Of a stretch of 64,000 nt of DNA, positions 9,571 through 19,043 are shown in pieces. Each line of letters begins with the position of its first letter. Position 1 is the stretch's first letter. This DNA is from a virus, in the IMG/VR virus record IMGVR_UViG_3300025876_000016. One strand, 5' to 3'. A program made the translations under genes and the position numbers. Under the pieces are notes generated by a model. It was given only the letters and a program-made list of their open reading frames with translations, was not told where the DNA came from and searched no databases.

Positions 9571-11265
9571 ATGAAAAAAGAAACTACGCAAACTCCACAA
9601 AAAAATAAGGCGAGAAGAATACTTTCATCATTAAGGAATAAAGAAAGAGCCTGTAATACCAAACTTCAAAAAATTGGTTTAAGAATTAAACTTCTTGAAG
9701 AATTTGTAAATGAAACAAAAGGCAAGAAAATAACTCTTGCAAAATGGCTTGGACAAAAAGGTTACGATTGTGGTGTTTTATTTCCATCAATGGGTTATTA
9801 CACCCCTATTGGTCAATCAGTATCTTACGACAAAGAAAACAGGGATTTAAGCTATATGAAAGGTATGGCTCGTAATCCTGCAATAAAAGGTTATGTTCCT
9901 GAACCAAATGTAGTTGGTTCTGCGAATCATAAAATAATTACAAAGTCTAAATTAGGAATGACTTTTGACCCTGCTTTAAACTTATACTTTCCTACAACAA
10001 TTTTTGATACAGAATTATATGCAAGTGCTGAAGGTGAAGGTGAAGATGTAATGGATATGGTGGGATTTTATTCATCTGAAGATATTTCTCGTTTTAGTGC
10101 TTTTAATGATGATTCAGAGGATGTTGTTGATAATTTAATTGAATTATATGAGGAAGAATACGATAATGTTGAAGGGGAATTAGATACAATTTACGCTGTT
10201 CAAGAAAAATTGGGTTATGGAGAGGATTTTTCTAATGCAAGTGCAGGTAAAAATGCAACTTGTCGTTTTGGGTGTAATTTTAAGAGAAAATCAAAAAGAG
10301 CAGGATGTTTTACCGATTGCGATAAGAAACATCCACCTTCTCAAAAACAAGAAGAAAGAAGGGATAAGCAAGGTGAAAGGAGAACAGAAAGAAAAGAAAA
10401 TCGTGAAGAAAGAAAAGATGCTCGACAAGATAAGAGAAAAGCAATAAAGGATTGTAAAGCTGAAGTTAAATCAGGTAATATTTCAAAAAAGGATTTAAAA
10501 GCCTGTAAAAAAGAGCAAAAGAAAATAAAAAAAGAAAGAATAAAAGAAGCAGGTGGTAGTTTCTTGGCAAGAGTTGGTAGAGGTTTTGCTAAAGTATTTC
10601 CTTTAACAGCATCAGCAAGGGGTGGTGTATTAATTCTTGCAAGAATGAACGCTTTTGGTTTTTCAACAAGAGTAGCACCATCAATTTTACCTGAAGGTGA
10701 ATCTAAAAAACTATTTAAAGGTGTTGCTATAAAGAATGGTAAAAAGGCTTGGAAAAAGATACAAAACGCTTTTAGAAATTTAGGTGGAAATCCTAAAAAA
10801 TTGGAAGAAGCAATACTTAAAGGATATAAAAAGAAAGCCACTAAAGTAGAGAAGGAATCTTCAGCAGATGGCTATACAAAATTTACTGTTTCTAATTTTT
10901 CTAATGCAATAGACCCTGCAACAGCAACTTTAATTGGAACAGGTATTACAGCTTTAGTTTCTCTTATTGCTATTTTAGTACAAAACAAAGTACCTAAAGA
11001 CCCATATTTAGATGGTGAAGCACCTGATGATTGGAATCAAAGTAAGAGTGCAACAGATGAATTACCACCACTTGACCCAAATGAACCACAATTAGACCCA
11101 AATACAGGTGAATGGATAGACCCTGCGACAGGAAAGGTTATAGACCCAATAACAGGTGCATATAAGGGTGAAATATTTGGTATGAATCAATATTTATTTT
11201 ATGGATTAATTGGCGTTGGTGCAGTAGGGATTATATTGTTGATAAGAAAAATGACAAAAAAGTAA
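9571..11265 (+). CDS. Large multi-segment virion membrane protein
   Basis: Basic, acidic and Cys segments; several copies of the shared motif; internal hydrophobic helix; DPxTG repeats; C-terminal TM. Confidence 0.7.
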   Translation: MKKETTQTPQKNKARRILSSLRNKERACNTKLQKIGLRIKLLEEFVNETKGKKITLAKWLGQKGYDCGVLFPSMGYYTPIGQSVSYDKENRDLSYMKGMARNPAIKGYVPEPNVVGSANHKIITKSKLGMTFDPALNLYFPTTIFDTELYASAEGEGEDVMDMVGFYSSEDISRFSAFNDDSEDVVDNLIELYEEEYDNVEGELDTIYAVQEKLGYGEDFSNASAGKNATCRFGCNFKRKSKRAGCFTDCDKKHPPSQKQEERRDKQGERRTERKENREERKDARQDKRKAIKDCKAEVKSGNISKKDLKACKKEQKKIKKERIKEAGGSFLARVGRGFAKVFPLTASARGGVLILARMNAFGFSTRVAPSILPEGESKKLFKGVAIKNGKKAWKKIQNAFRNLGGNPKKLEEAILKGYKKKATKVEKESSADGYTKFTVSNFSNAIDPATATLIGTGITALVSLIAILVQNKVPKDPYLDGEAPDDWNQSKSATDELPPLDPNEPQLDPNTGEWIDPATGKVIDPITGAYKGEIFGMNQYLFYGLIGVGAVGIILLIRKMTKK

Positions 11266-11276
11266 TTCGTAAAAAA

Positions 11277-12086
11277 ATGAACGTGGATATTCCATCTAAT
11301 CACTTCCCATTTCAACTTTCTGTAACAGTAGAGAGTAAAAAACCTGTTTTGGTGCGAATGGTTGCTTATGACCCTAATAAACCTGCAACTCGTTATGGAG
11401 ATATTGGTGGGAAGGTAGATGGTAAACGTATTTTCACTTTAAGATTTCCTGTATCACCAAAAAGATTAAAATTAAAAATATTTAATCCTGAATTTGGAAA
11501 CTTACCTTATGGTGAGGATGTTTCTTTTAAGTTATTGGATATGAAAGTTCAAAAATTAAAAGAATATGATGTTTGGTGGAATCAAGACACTAAAAACTTT
11601 TACAAGTTTGCTGTGGAATTTAGTGAAAACGCAAGTATATTATCATCAGGAGAGAATAAGCCACATATTTACCGTTCTGACGATGGAAAATTTACGATAG
11701 ATTATTATAATATTATTATAGATAGAAATACAAATAAAAGATTAAGCACACCTGCGAGAATTGGTCATAATTCAGGAATTATTGAAGTTTCGAAAGCTAA
11801 ATTTCTTGACTACACAGTACCGATGCGTTTGGTTATTCTTTTACACGAATACGCTCATAAATATTTGAATCCCAAAATAAGTAGGAAAATCGAATATGAA
11901 ACAGGAGCAGATATTCAGGGTTTATATATTTATCTTGGAAAAGGATGGTCGCCTTTAGAAGCACATAAATCGTTTTTAAAGGTATTTAAAAGTTCTAATA
12001 ATAAAATGAATCATAAAAGATATAAAATCATCAGAGATTTTATTGAAAAGTATGATAGAGGGAAAGTTGAACGTATGAAGGTTTAA
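11277..12086 (+). CDS. Zincin-like metalloprotease (HExxH)
   Basis: LLHEYAH at 11844-11858 with downstream E..AD (YETGAD). Confidence 0.65.
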   Translation: MNVDIPSNHFPFQLSVTVESKKPVLVRMVAYDPNKPATRYGDIGGKVDGKRIFTLRFPVSPKRLKLKIFNPEFGNLPYGEDVSFKLLDMKVQKLKEYDVWWNQDTKNFYKFAVEFSENASILSSGENKPHIYRSDDGKFTIDYYNIIIDRNTNKRLSTPARIGHNSGIIEVSKAKFLDYTVPMRLVILLHEYAHKYLNPKISRKIEYETGADIQGLYIYLGKGWSPLEAHKSFLKVFKSSNNKMNHKRYKIIRDFIEKYDRGKVERMKV

Positions 12087-12088
12087 TT

Positions 12089-14392
12089 ATGAGTTGTGAT
12101 ATAAAAAGTAAAAAAAAGAATGTTCAGTTTGATATTGTTAATACAACGTCAAACCCTATATTCTTTAATCTTTTTGAACAAGGTATTACAACAACACCAA
12201 CAACGGATAGCGGAGTTTCTTCACCGCCATTAGCTTTGTCCAATACAGCAATAGGCTTCAGCGAAACAGCTTGGATTGAAAGAAATACAAATACAAATGA
12301 AATTTATTATTTTATAAAAGTAGGTATAAATTGTTCTGTTGATGTTCGTCTTGCCGATGGCACTTTCGTTACAAATATACCGATAGGTGTAAATTGCTAT
12401 GCAGGTGGCACATTCTGTCCAACACAAAATAAATTATATATACCTGATTTTAGTGGTCGTACCGTAACGATAATTGATACAACTACAAATACAGTAATAG
12501 CGAATCCTACCATAATCGGTGTTGGTTTTCAGTTAAGAAATTGTTTATACATTCCAAGTTCAGATGAAGTTTGGGTTTTAACTACTGACCCTGCAATTCC
12601 TTGTCAGGTACTTAATGTAGTTACAGATGTTTTAGGTGGAACACCTGCATTACCCCCTTGTACGCCTGAAGGTATTTGTTATTATGCACCACTCGATTTA
12701 ATTTATATTGCGTGTAATTCTATATCTGCAATATGGAAAATAGACCCTAATACACAAACCCTTTTATTACAAACTGCAACAGCTATGTCTAATCCTGTTT
12801 CTTGCGGTGTTGTAAATGATGAAATATGGATAGGCGGTAGAAACACTAATAGATTTATTATTTATGATACCGCTACCGATGGTACGACAGACAAAGTTTT
12901 ACCTGCCATAGGTTCGATTTACAGGGGTAATTGGTTGTATGTTGATTATTGGGATAGAGTATATGCTTACGATAGTCTTAATGGAGTTGTTTACGGTATT
13001 GATACAAGCGGTGTAATACAAGAGCAATTAGTTGCAGGTGCAACAGCAAGAGGGATAGTTGCTATTCCCATTGGAACAACTAACTTGCTTGGATTTGCAG
13101 GAGCTACAACTTATACTTATGAAGGAACATCAGTATCAACACCTATATATGTAAGCGGTAGTGCCGATTACAACTTTTTCGTAAATAGTCTTGAAGGTCA
13201 GCCTATTAAACTTGATTGTATGGATATTATAAGTTCAACGCAAGACCAATTAAGCAACGCAATAACAATTAGCAAAACGGATGCCGATGGACACTCTAAC
13301 CAAAAACCTACGTTTCCTATTTTAGATGTTTCTGCGTGGCAGGAGCAAGGAAATAGGTCGTCAATACCAATGGGCGGTATTATTTTAGATGGTAGAACAT
13401 TTTTTTCTCAATATAAAGTTAATGCAGGTGAAACGGTGGTTTTTGAATTATGTTACGAGCAATTAAATCAATTTTGCTTTGGAGAACACCCTGAATTATT
13501 TACATCATTAAAACCTATTGCTAAACAAGAAAAGGAAAAAATAGAAAATAAAATAATAGAAAGAGATAAAAAAGAAAGCGGTGATGATGAATCTAAATTC
13601 GAAATAATAAAAGACAGTATTATTATTGATATTTCTATATCAAACAATACTGCAAATTCATCAACATTTAATTTGTTTCAGGCAAATCAAAATCAATTAA
13701 TAATTAATACACCTTCAGTTAATTTTGCAGATGTAGATGCGTATAATTTTCTTGTTCAACAGTTAAGAGAAAGTCCATTAGTTTTAAATGCTGTGGAAAT
13801 TGTTTCTTCTGACCAAAATCAATTAACCTTACCTGTTTCTGTAAAAACAGATGATGCAAATGGAGATAGCATTACATATCAGCATTTTCCTATTAATAAA
13901 GTTGCAAGTACGCAAGAGCAAGGCAACAGAGTTATTGTAAAAACAAATAATCTGATTTTAGATGGATATACAACATTTGCGAGTTATAATATATTACCTA
14001 ATACTACTGTTTCTTTTATTCTTTATTATAGGGAATTTCATCGTTCTTTATTTCTACAAAAACATTTTTTTACTAAATTAAAAAAGCCAATATTTTCTAA
14101 CGGAATGGGGTTTGCTGAAGAAATAGAATACTTTAATGAAGTAAGTAAAAAATCTAATAATAAAAAGACTATTGGAAATAATTTAAAAAATACAGAAAAA
14201 AACATTAATTTTGGAACTGAACAAGTCTTTTCTGTAAGTTTTAATGGGGAAAATAAAAATAACCCATTTATATCCACGACTAAAAATAAAGTTGGCGGTA
14301 ATAAAAAACGAATTAACCATAAAAAATATAACTATCGTGATTATCTTAAAAACAATCTCGATAATAATAATTATAAAAGCAATATCTATTAA
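12089..14392 (+). CDS. Candidate vertex/turret protein: two capsid-like domains with a beta-propeller insert
   Basis: Two repeats homologous to 5335; YVTN-like blades (NKLYIPDFSGRTVTIIDTTTNTV) inside the first repeat. Confidence 0.55.
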   Translation: MSCDIKSKKKNVQFDIVNTTSNPIFFNLFEQGITTTPTTDSGVSSPPLALSNTAIGFSETAWIERNTNTNEIYYFIKVGINCSVDVRLADGTFVTNIPIGVNCYAGGTFCPTQNKLYIPDFSGRTVTIIDTTTNTVIANPTIIGVGFQLRNCLYIPSSDEVWVLTTDPAIPCQVLNVVTDVLGGTPALPPCTPEGICYYAPLDLIYIACNSISAIWKIDPNTQTLLLQTATAMSNPVSCGVVNDEIWIGGRNTNRFIIYDTATDGTTDKVLPAIGSIYRGNWLYVDYWDRVYAYDSLNGVVYGIDTSGVIQEQLVAGATARGIVAIPIGTTNLLGFAGATTYTYEGTSVSTPIYVSGSADYNFFVNSLEGQPIKLDCMDIISSTQDQLSNAITISKTDADGHSNQKPTFPILDVSAWQEQGNRSSIPMGGIILDGRTFFSQYKVNAGETVVFELCYEQLNQFCFGEHPELFTSLKPIAKQEKEKIENKIIERDKKESGDDESKFEIIKDSIIIDISISNNTANSSTFNLFQANQNQLIINTPSVNFADVDAYNFLVQQLRESPLVLNAVEIVSSDQNQLTLPVSVKTDDANGDSITYQHFPINKVASTQEQGNRVIVKTNNLILDGYTTFASYNILPNTTVSFILYYREFHRSLFLQKHFFTKLKKPIFSNGMGFAEEIEYFNEVSKKSNNKKTIGNNLKNTEKNINFGTEQVFSVSFNGENKNNPFISTTKNKVGGNKKRINHKKYNYRDYLKNNLDNNNYKSNIY

Positions 14393-14394
14393 TA

Positions 14395-14526
14395 ATGAAA
14401 AAAGGTATTATTCAAAACTATGGAACTACTATTATAATTTTCGGTGCTATGATTGGTGTCGGATATTATTTATGGAAATCCCACAAGGAAGGAATTGAAA
14501 AAGATATTGAAGAAAATTTTAAATAA
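14395..14526 (+). CDS. Small membrane protein (43 aa, not in ORF track)
   Basis: MKKGIIQNYGTTIIIFGAMIGVGYYLWK... Confidence 0.6.
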   Translation: MKKGIIQNYGTTIIIFGAMIGVGYYLWKSHKEGIEKDIEENFK

Positions 14527-14585
14527 AAAAATTGTCGTGTGTTCGACCAACTAATAATTTATTATAAATTAAAAAATAAAAAAAA

Positions 14586-14966
14586 ATGGCTGTAAAAAAA
14601 AGACGAGGTAGACCAAGAAAATCTACAAGTACACCTGCAAAAAAGACAGGAGCAAAAAGAGGGCGACCTGCAAAGAAAAAGACAGTAGCTAAAAGAGGGC
14701 GACCTGCAAAGAAAAAGACAGTAGCTAAAAGAGGGCGACCTGCAAAAGCAAAAACTGTTGCTAAAAGAGGGCGACCTGCAAAAGCAAAAACTGTTGCTAA
14801 AAAGACTGTTGCTAAAAAGACAACCGCTAAAAAGAAAACTGCAAGAAAACTTGGATTAGGTGATTGTGGTGGCAAATTAACTCGTTCAAGACTTGTTGGT
14901 GGGTACGCACTTAAAAAGCGTGTTCGTAAGCCAAAAATGAAAAGACGAGGTAGACCAAGAAAATAG
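14586..14966 (+). CDS. Multi-AT-hook, histone-H1-like DNA-binding protein
   Basis: Six RGRP cores; K/A/T-rich repeats. Confidence 0.75.
   Translation: MAVKKRRGRPRKSTSTPAKKTGAKRGRPAKKKTVAKRGRPAKKKTVAKRGRPAKAKTVAKRGRPAKAKTVAKKTVAKKTTAKKKTARKLGLGDCGGKLTRSRLVGGYALKKRVRKPKMKRRGRPRK
14655..14798 (+). repeat. Four tandem 36-nt units encoding KRGRPAKxKTVA
   Basis: Two identical pairs of units. Confidence 0.9.
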
Positions 14967-14987
14967 TTTAAATAAAAAACAAAAAAA

Positions 14988-15872
14988 ATGAAACTCAATA
15001 ATAATCATAAAATAATTTTAGGATTAGCTGTTGGTGGTGGAATTGCGTGGTGGCTGACAAGAAAAAAGTCGGCTACCACTTCTAATACTCCTGCTATAAC
15101 TAATGCTAATGCAGAAGATTTATCAAGAGAAGATAAAATAGCCTATATCGTTGAAAATATTGAAGCTAATGATACAGAGGTGTCCACAGGTTTTTCAGGT
15201 GAAAGATTTCAATATGATGCAAGATTAGGTTACTCACTACCAAGTGGAACTGTTAGAACACAGTCAGCAGGTGGAGAAATGGTGTTGCCGAGAGAAGGTA
15301 ATTTAGCACAGGAAGTATTCTTTAATGCGGATGGTGAAGAAACAGATAATCCTGTTGAAGAAGCAGAAGCAATTTTAGATGGTTTAACTGCAAGAGAATT
15401 GAATGTTGCTTTCAGAATCGCAAGAATGAGGGCGAAAAACAGAAAACTCACCGATGATGAAATAATTAAAATTGCTAAACTTGATGAAGATGGTAAAAAA
15501 TTATTTAGAGGAATCATTCGTGAAAAATTAAATGATGTAAAAGCATTATCTAAATCTCGTAATTGGAAAAAAGGCGTTATTCGTAAGATGAAACAGAGAA
15601 AGGCTATGCAGGGAATGTCTAAAGACCAAAGAATAGCTTATCGTTCAGAAATCCAAGCCCAAAGAAAGGCAAAACGTGAACGTAGGAATGACAGAAAAGA
15701 TAAACGTCAGGAAAGAAAAGAAGCAAGAGGAACAGGTGGTTTTGCTGATGAAGTTACTAATCGTCAAAGTGGTGCTATGTGGGGTGGTTACAGAAATGAT
15801 GGACTTCCTACAAACGCTGATGCAAGGCGACCTATGACAAGACGAATTAAATATAACGAAAGAAGAAGTTAA
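14988..15872 (+). CDS. N-terminally anchored protein with basic C-terminal region
   Basis: TM + RKK; FFNADG motif; Arg/Lys-rich tail. Confidence 0.7.
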   Translation: MKLNNNHKIILGLAVGGGIAWWLTRKKSATTSNTPAITNANAEDLSREDKIAYIVENIEANDTEVSTGFSGERFQYDARLGYSLPSGTVRTQSAGGEMVLPREGNLAQEVFFNADGEETDNPVEEAEAILDGLTARELNVAFRIARMRAKNRKLTDDEIIKIAKLDEDGKKLFRGIIREKLNDVKALSKSRNWKKGVIRKMKQRKAMQGMSKDQRIAYRSEIQAQRKAKRERRNDRKDKRQERKEARGTGGFADEVTNRQSGAMWGGYRNDGLPTNADARRPMTRRIKYNERRS

Positions 15873-15966
15873 TGACTAAAAAAGAAAAAATATTCGCTGT
15901 TATGTATGGAGTATTATTTATTTCTTATGGTGTTATGCTATTTCATAAATTACCAAAACCAAAAAA

Positions 15967-16308
15967 ATGAAAGAATTAATGAATTTAAAAAATATCGCAG
16001 GTGTAGGTACAGGCGTAATACTTGGACATTTTGTTTTTAAAAGTAAAAACCCTTTAGTGCTAATGGCTTTTGGTCTTGGTGGCGGTATAGTTGCACATAC
16101 TATGTTGAAAAGTCGTCAGCAAAAAATCGACAAAAATCAGCAAGAAGTAAAAGACTATATGGAGCAAGTTGAAACTGATGTTGAAGCTACACTAATACCA
16201 ACAAAGCCTAAAAGCGGTGAAGCATTTAATCCTGAAGTTGGATATATAACGCCTTTTGGACAAGTTGAAGAAGATAATCCAAGAGAATATATGGATGTTT
16301 CTTTTTAA
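15967..16308 (+). CDS. Membrane protein (N-terminal TM hairpin)
   Basis: Two Gly-rich hydrophobic helices. Confidence 0.65.
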   Translation: MKELMNLKNIAGVGTGVILGHFVFKSKNPLVLMAFGLGGGIVAHTMLKSRQQKIDKNQQEVKDYMEQVETDVEATLIPTKPKSGEAFNPEVGYITPFGQVEEDNPREYMDVSF

Positions 16309-16317
16309 GTTTAAAAA

Positions 16318-16527
16318 GTGAATAAGCAAACAAAAATTGCATTAATTACTTTCAGCGTATTTATGACTGAAGCGATTGTTCATTACAATTTTGGAAGTCA
16401 TAAACATACTGAAGATAAAAAATTCAAATTGCCACCAACTAATGATTTAATCAAAATTGGTGGCGTAGTTGCGGTTTTTAGCTTGATTAATGGATATGTA
16501 ATTAAAACAATAATAAATGGCAAATAA
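16318..16527 (+). CDS. Small two-TM protein
   Basis: Two hydrophobic segments. Confidence 0.6.
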   Translation: MNKQTKIALITFSVFMTEAIVHYNFGSHKHTEDKKFKLPPTNDLIKIGGVVAVFSLINGYVIKTIINGK

Positions 16528-16957
16528 TCCTTCACAAAATATACCTACTGCTCGTTCTTCCCCTTCCGAATGGATTGTTTGGCATAAAAGCCTAAAACAA
16601 ATGTTTGGGAAAAAGGAAGCTAATAAGATTTGGCTATACGCTTGGTCGAAAAGAGGGGGTATTGATAATGATGCTAATACCAATGAATTATCTAACTATT
16701 TAGAGAAAAATGGTATTGACATCGAGAGAAGTACGTTAGATAGCATTGGTGAAGGTATTTCTGATTTTCAGTCAGGTATTTTTACGATTGGTAAATGGAT
16801 GATTATTATTCCTTTAGGTATTGCAGGGGTTGTTATGATATTCATTTTAATTCAATTATTCAGAAACCCTAATAAAACCATTGGAACAGCTATTGCTTTA
16901 GCACCACAGGGAAGGGCTTTGAAAGGAGCAAAAGCTATGAAATCATTACCTAAATAA
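16517..16957 (+). CDS. Membrane protein
   Basis: Trp-rich N-domain plus TM helix. Confidence 0.65.
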   Translation: MANNPSQNIPTARSSPSEWIVWHKSLKQMFGKKEANKIWLYAWSKRGGIDNDANTNELSNYLEKNGIDIERSTLDSIGEGISDFQSGIFTIGKWMIIIPLGIAGVVMIFILIQLFRNPNKTIGTAIALAPQGRALKGAKAMKSLPK

Positions 16958-16963
16958 ATAAAT

Positions 16964-17512
16964 ATGGCAAATACAAAAGGTAAAATATTAATGGTAGTGG
17001 GTGCAACAACTGTATTTGGTATAGGGGGCGGTATAGTTTATGGTCTTGTTCGTAAAAAGAAAATAAAAGAAAAGATATACAACTCTTTAAACGATACTAA
17101 ATCTGTTGCAGGTAATCAAGCAACATTATCTGATAAAGATAGACACAAAGCCCTTGTAGGATTTGACCCTCTATTTTGGAAAAACGGAAAAAATGGAGTT
17201 AATCCTGATGTTAGCTTGTTATTTAGGGATATGGATGCGAGAGATAAAGCAAGAGATATATATGATGCAATTCACGACAACGATTGGTTCGGTGCGACAG
17301 AAGATGAAGATACTGTAATTCAGCAAGTTAAGAATTTAAAATCACAAGGTCAGTTATCACAGGTAGCGTATGCGTATGCTAATGCTTTACTTGGTGGTGG
17401 TCGAGATAATGGTGATTTATCTGAAGATATTGGTGATGCTCTTGAAGGTGGATATTTTACCAAAGATTATTTGGATGAATTAAATAAAGAAGTTGAAAAT
17501 AAACCATTTTAA
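16964..17512 (+). CDS. Anchored protein with annexin-like repeat
   Basis: FGATEDEDTV...SQGQLSQVAYAY...DLSEDIGDAL resembles the annexin GTDE repeat. Confidence 0.5.
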   Translation: MANTKGKILMVVGATTVFGIGGGIVYGLVRKKKIKEKIYNSLNDTKSVAGNQATLSDKDRHKALVGFDPLFWKNGKNGVNPDVSLLFRDMDARDKARDIYDAIHDNDWFGATEDEDTVIQQVKNLKSQGQLSQVAYAYANALLGGGRDNGDLSEDIGDALEGGYFTKDYLDELNKEVENKPF

Positions 17513-17513
17513 T

Positions 17514-18434
17514 ATGAATAAAGGATTAAAAATAGGATTAATTATAGGTGGTTCATTAGCAGTTGCAGGTGCAGGATTTTTTGTAGGTAGAAAAATAATT
17601 GTTAAAAGGAGAGAAAAAAGAGAGGAAGAAGATAGACTTGAAAAACAAAAGCAAGACCTTGAAACTTTACAGGCAAATTTGACCACAACATCAACAGGAA
17701 TAGGTGTTTCTCCTGATTGCTCTAAAAAAGATAGATGGATTCCGAATAGAGATAGAAACGGTTCAGTTATAAACCCATATAGCGAACTTAAAAATGTAGC
17801 CCTATCTGTTGCTCGAAAATCAGACGACCCTGAAAAAGGAAGTCAGTATGGACTTGGGTACGCCAATGTTAGAAATTCTCCTGCGGTAAATAATAAAACA
17901 GGAACATTTGATATTTCAAATAAAATATTTAAAGCCACAGGATATATTGGTAAAGTTGTTTCAGAATCCTACGATAATCAAAGCCCTTCTATGCGTTGGT
18001 TTAAAGTAAAATTTGCTTCAGCTAAAGAAGATTGTTCAGGATATACAGGTGGTTTCTTTGGTTGTGATAAGATTTGGTATGGATGGGTAAGAGCCGATAA
18101 TGTTACCTTTTCAGGAAAAGATATTGGTTGGTCTGATAAATGTCAAATAGTATCTCATTGTAAAGGTGATGGTTCTATAACACAAGGAGATTTAAAAACA
18201 GTTTTAAATAACGAAAAAAGTAGTAATCCAAGAAAATATAAGCAGACCTGTGGTGCTGTTGGAGTTGATTTAAAGTTATCAGATATTAAAAGTAATTTTG
18301 ATGGTATGGTACAGGTTTATGATACTTCTTATCAACTTGGGGCAAGTGTTTTTCCGCACTCAAATTGGGAAGAAGATTATTTAGGAATAAATGGTCAGAA
18401 ATTTGAAATAAATGATTCATTAACAGACTTATAA
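17514..18434 (+). CDS. Anchored protein with SH3b-like domain
   Basis: TM; ANVRNSP...WFKV...YGWVRADNV; six Cys; SNFDG motif; start set at MNKG. Confidence 0.6.
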   Translation: MNKGLKIGLIIGGSLAVAGAGFFVGRKIIVKRREKREEEDRLEKQKQDLETLQANLTTTSTGIGVSPDCSKKDRWIPNRDRNGSVINPYSELKNVALSVARKSDDPEKGSQYGLGYANVRNSPAVNNKTGTFDISNKIFKATGYIGKVVSESYDNQSPSMRWFKVKFASAKEDCSGYTGGFFGCDKIWYGWVRADNVTFSGKDIGWSDKCQIVSHCKGDGSITQGDLKTVLNNEKSSNPRKYKQTCGAVGVDLKLSDIKSNFDGMVQVYDTSYQLGASVFPHSNWEEDYLGINGQKFEINDSLTDL

Positions 18435-18435
18435 A

Positions 18436-19023
18436 ATGAAAAATATATTTTACATAGCTATTGGTGGTGGTATAGCATATTATTTATATCAAAGAAACCA
18501 AAAAAACAAAAAAGGTATTGCAAAAGCACCTTCGACTAATACTGAACCTGTTTCAGTAAATGAGGGAAATACAAAAACTGAAACTAACGATGTGTCTGAT
18601 AATAAAAAAGCAGTAGCAGATTTATTTCTAAAATTACAAAATAAGGCAGGTAACAAAACCGACCCTGAAGGAGATAAATATATATATAAGTATTTTGATA
18701 GTTTAAGCCCTGAAGATTTAAAAGATTGGGGAAAACTTTTGCGTTCAGAAGCCTTTATTGAATATAGTAAAGTTATTTCCAAAATGGATGTTACCATAAA
18801 AGAAAAAGAAATAGCAATTAAAAAATTTGCTAAAGCTGTTAATATGGATAGGGCAAGATTTGAAGGCTTAATGAAAAATATGGGATTATATATTCAGAAA
18901 CTTGTTTTAGTTTCTATGAAAGAAGCAGGATTTGATACTGAAAATGTTAAAATAACACCTTACGATGATAAAAGTAGCTTCAATGGTCAAAGATTTGAAG
19001 TAAACGATTTGATTGATTTATAA
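18436..19023 (+). CDS. N-terminally anchored helical protein
   Basis: TM; ends SSFNGQRFEVNDLIDL. Confidence 0.65.
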   Translation: MKNIFYIAIGGGIAYYLYQRNQKNKKGIAKAPSTNTEPVSVNEGNTKTETNDVSDNKKAVADLFLKLQNKAGNKTDPEGDKYIYKYFDSLSPEDLKDWGKLLRSEAFIEYSKVISKMDVTIKEKEIAIKKFAKAVNMDRARFEGLMKNMGLYIQKLVLVSMKEAGFDTENVKITPYDDKSSFNGQRFEVNDLIDL

Positions 19024-19043
19024 AGTATAAAAAAAGTAAAAAA

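Noticed and set aside
10341-10841. Long antisense ORFs (also 14519-14998, 51760-52146, 63231-63719, 63592-63942 and other short shadows)
   Set aside because: They are mirror or frame-shifted shadows of low-complexity real genes.
15872-16039. Small ORF MTKKEKIFAVMYGVLL...
   Set aside because: It has a plausible TM start but overlaps the 15967 gene substantially; too uncertain to list.
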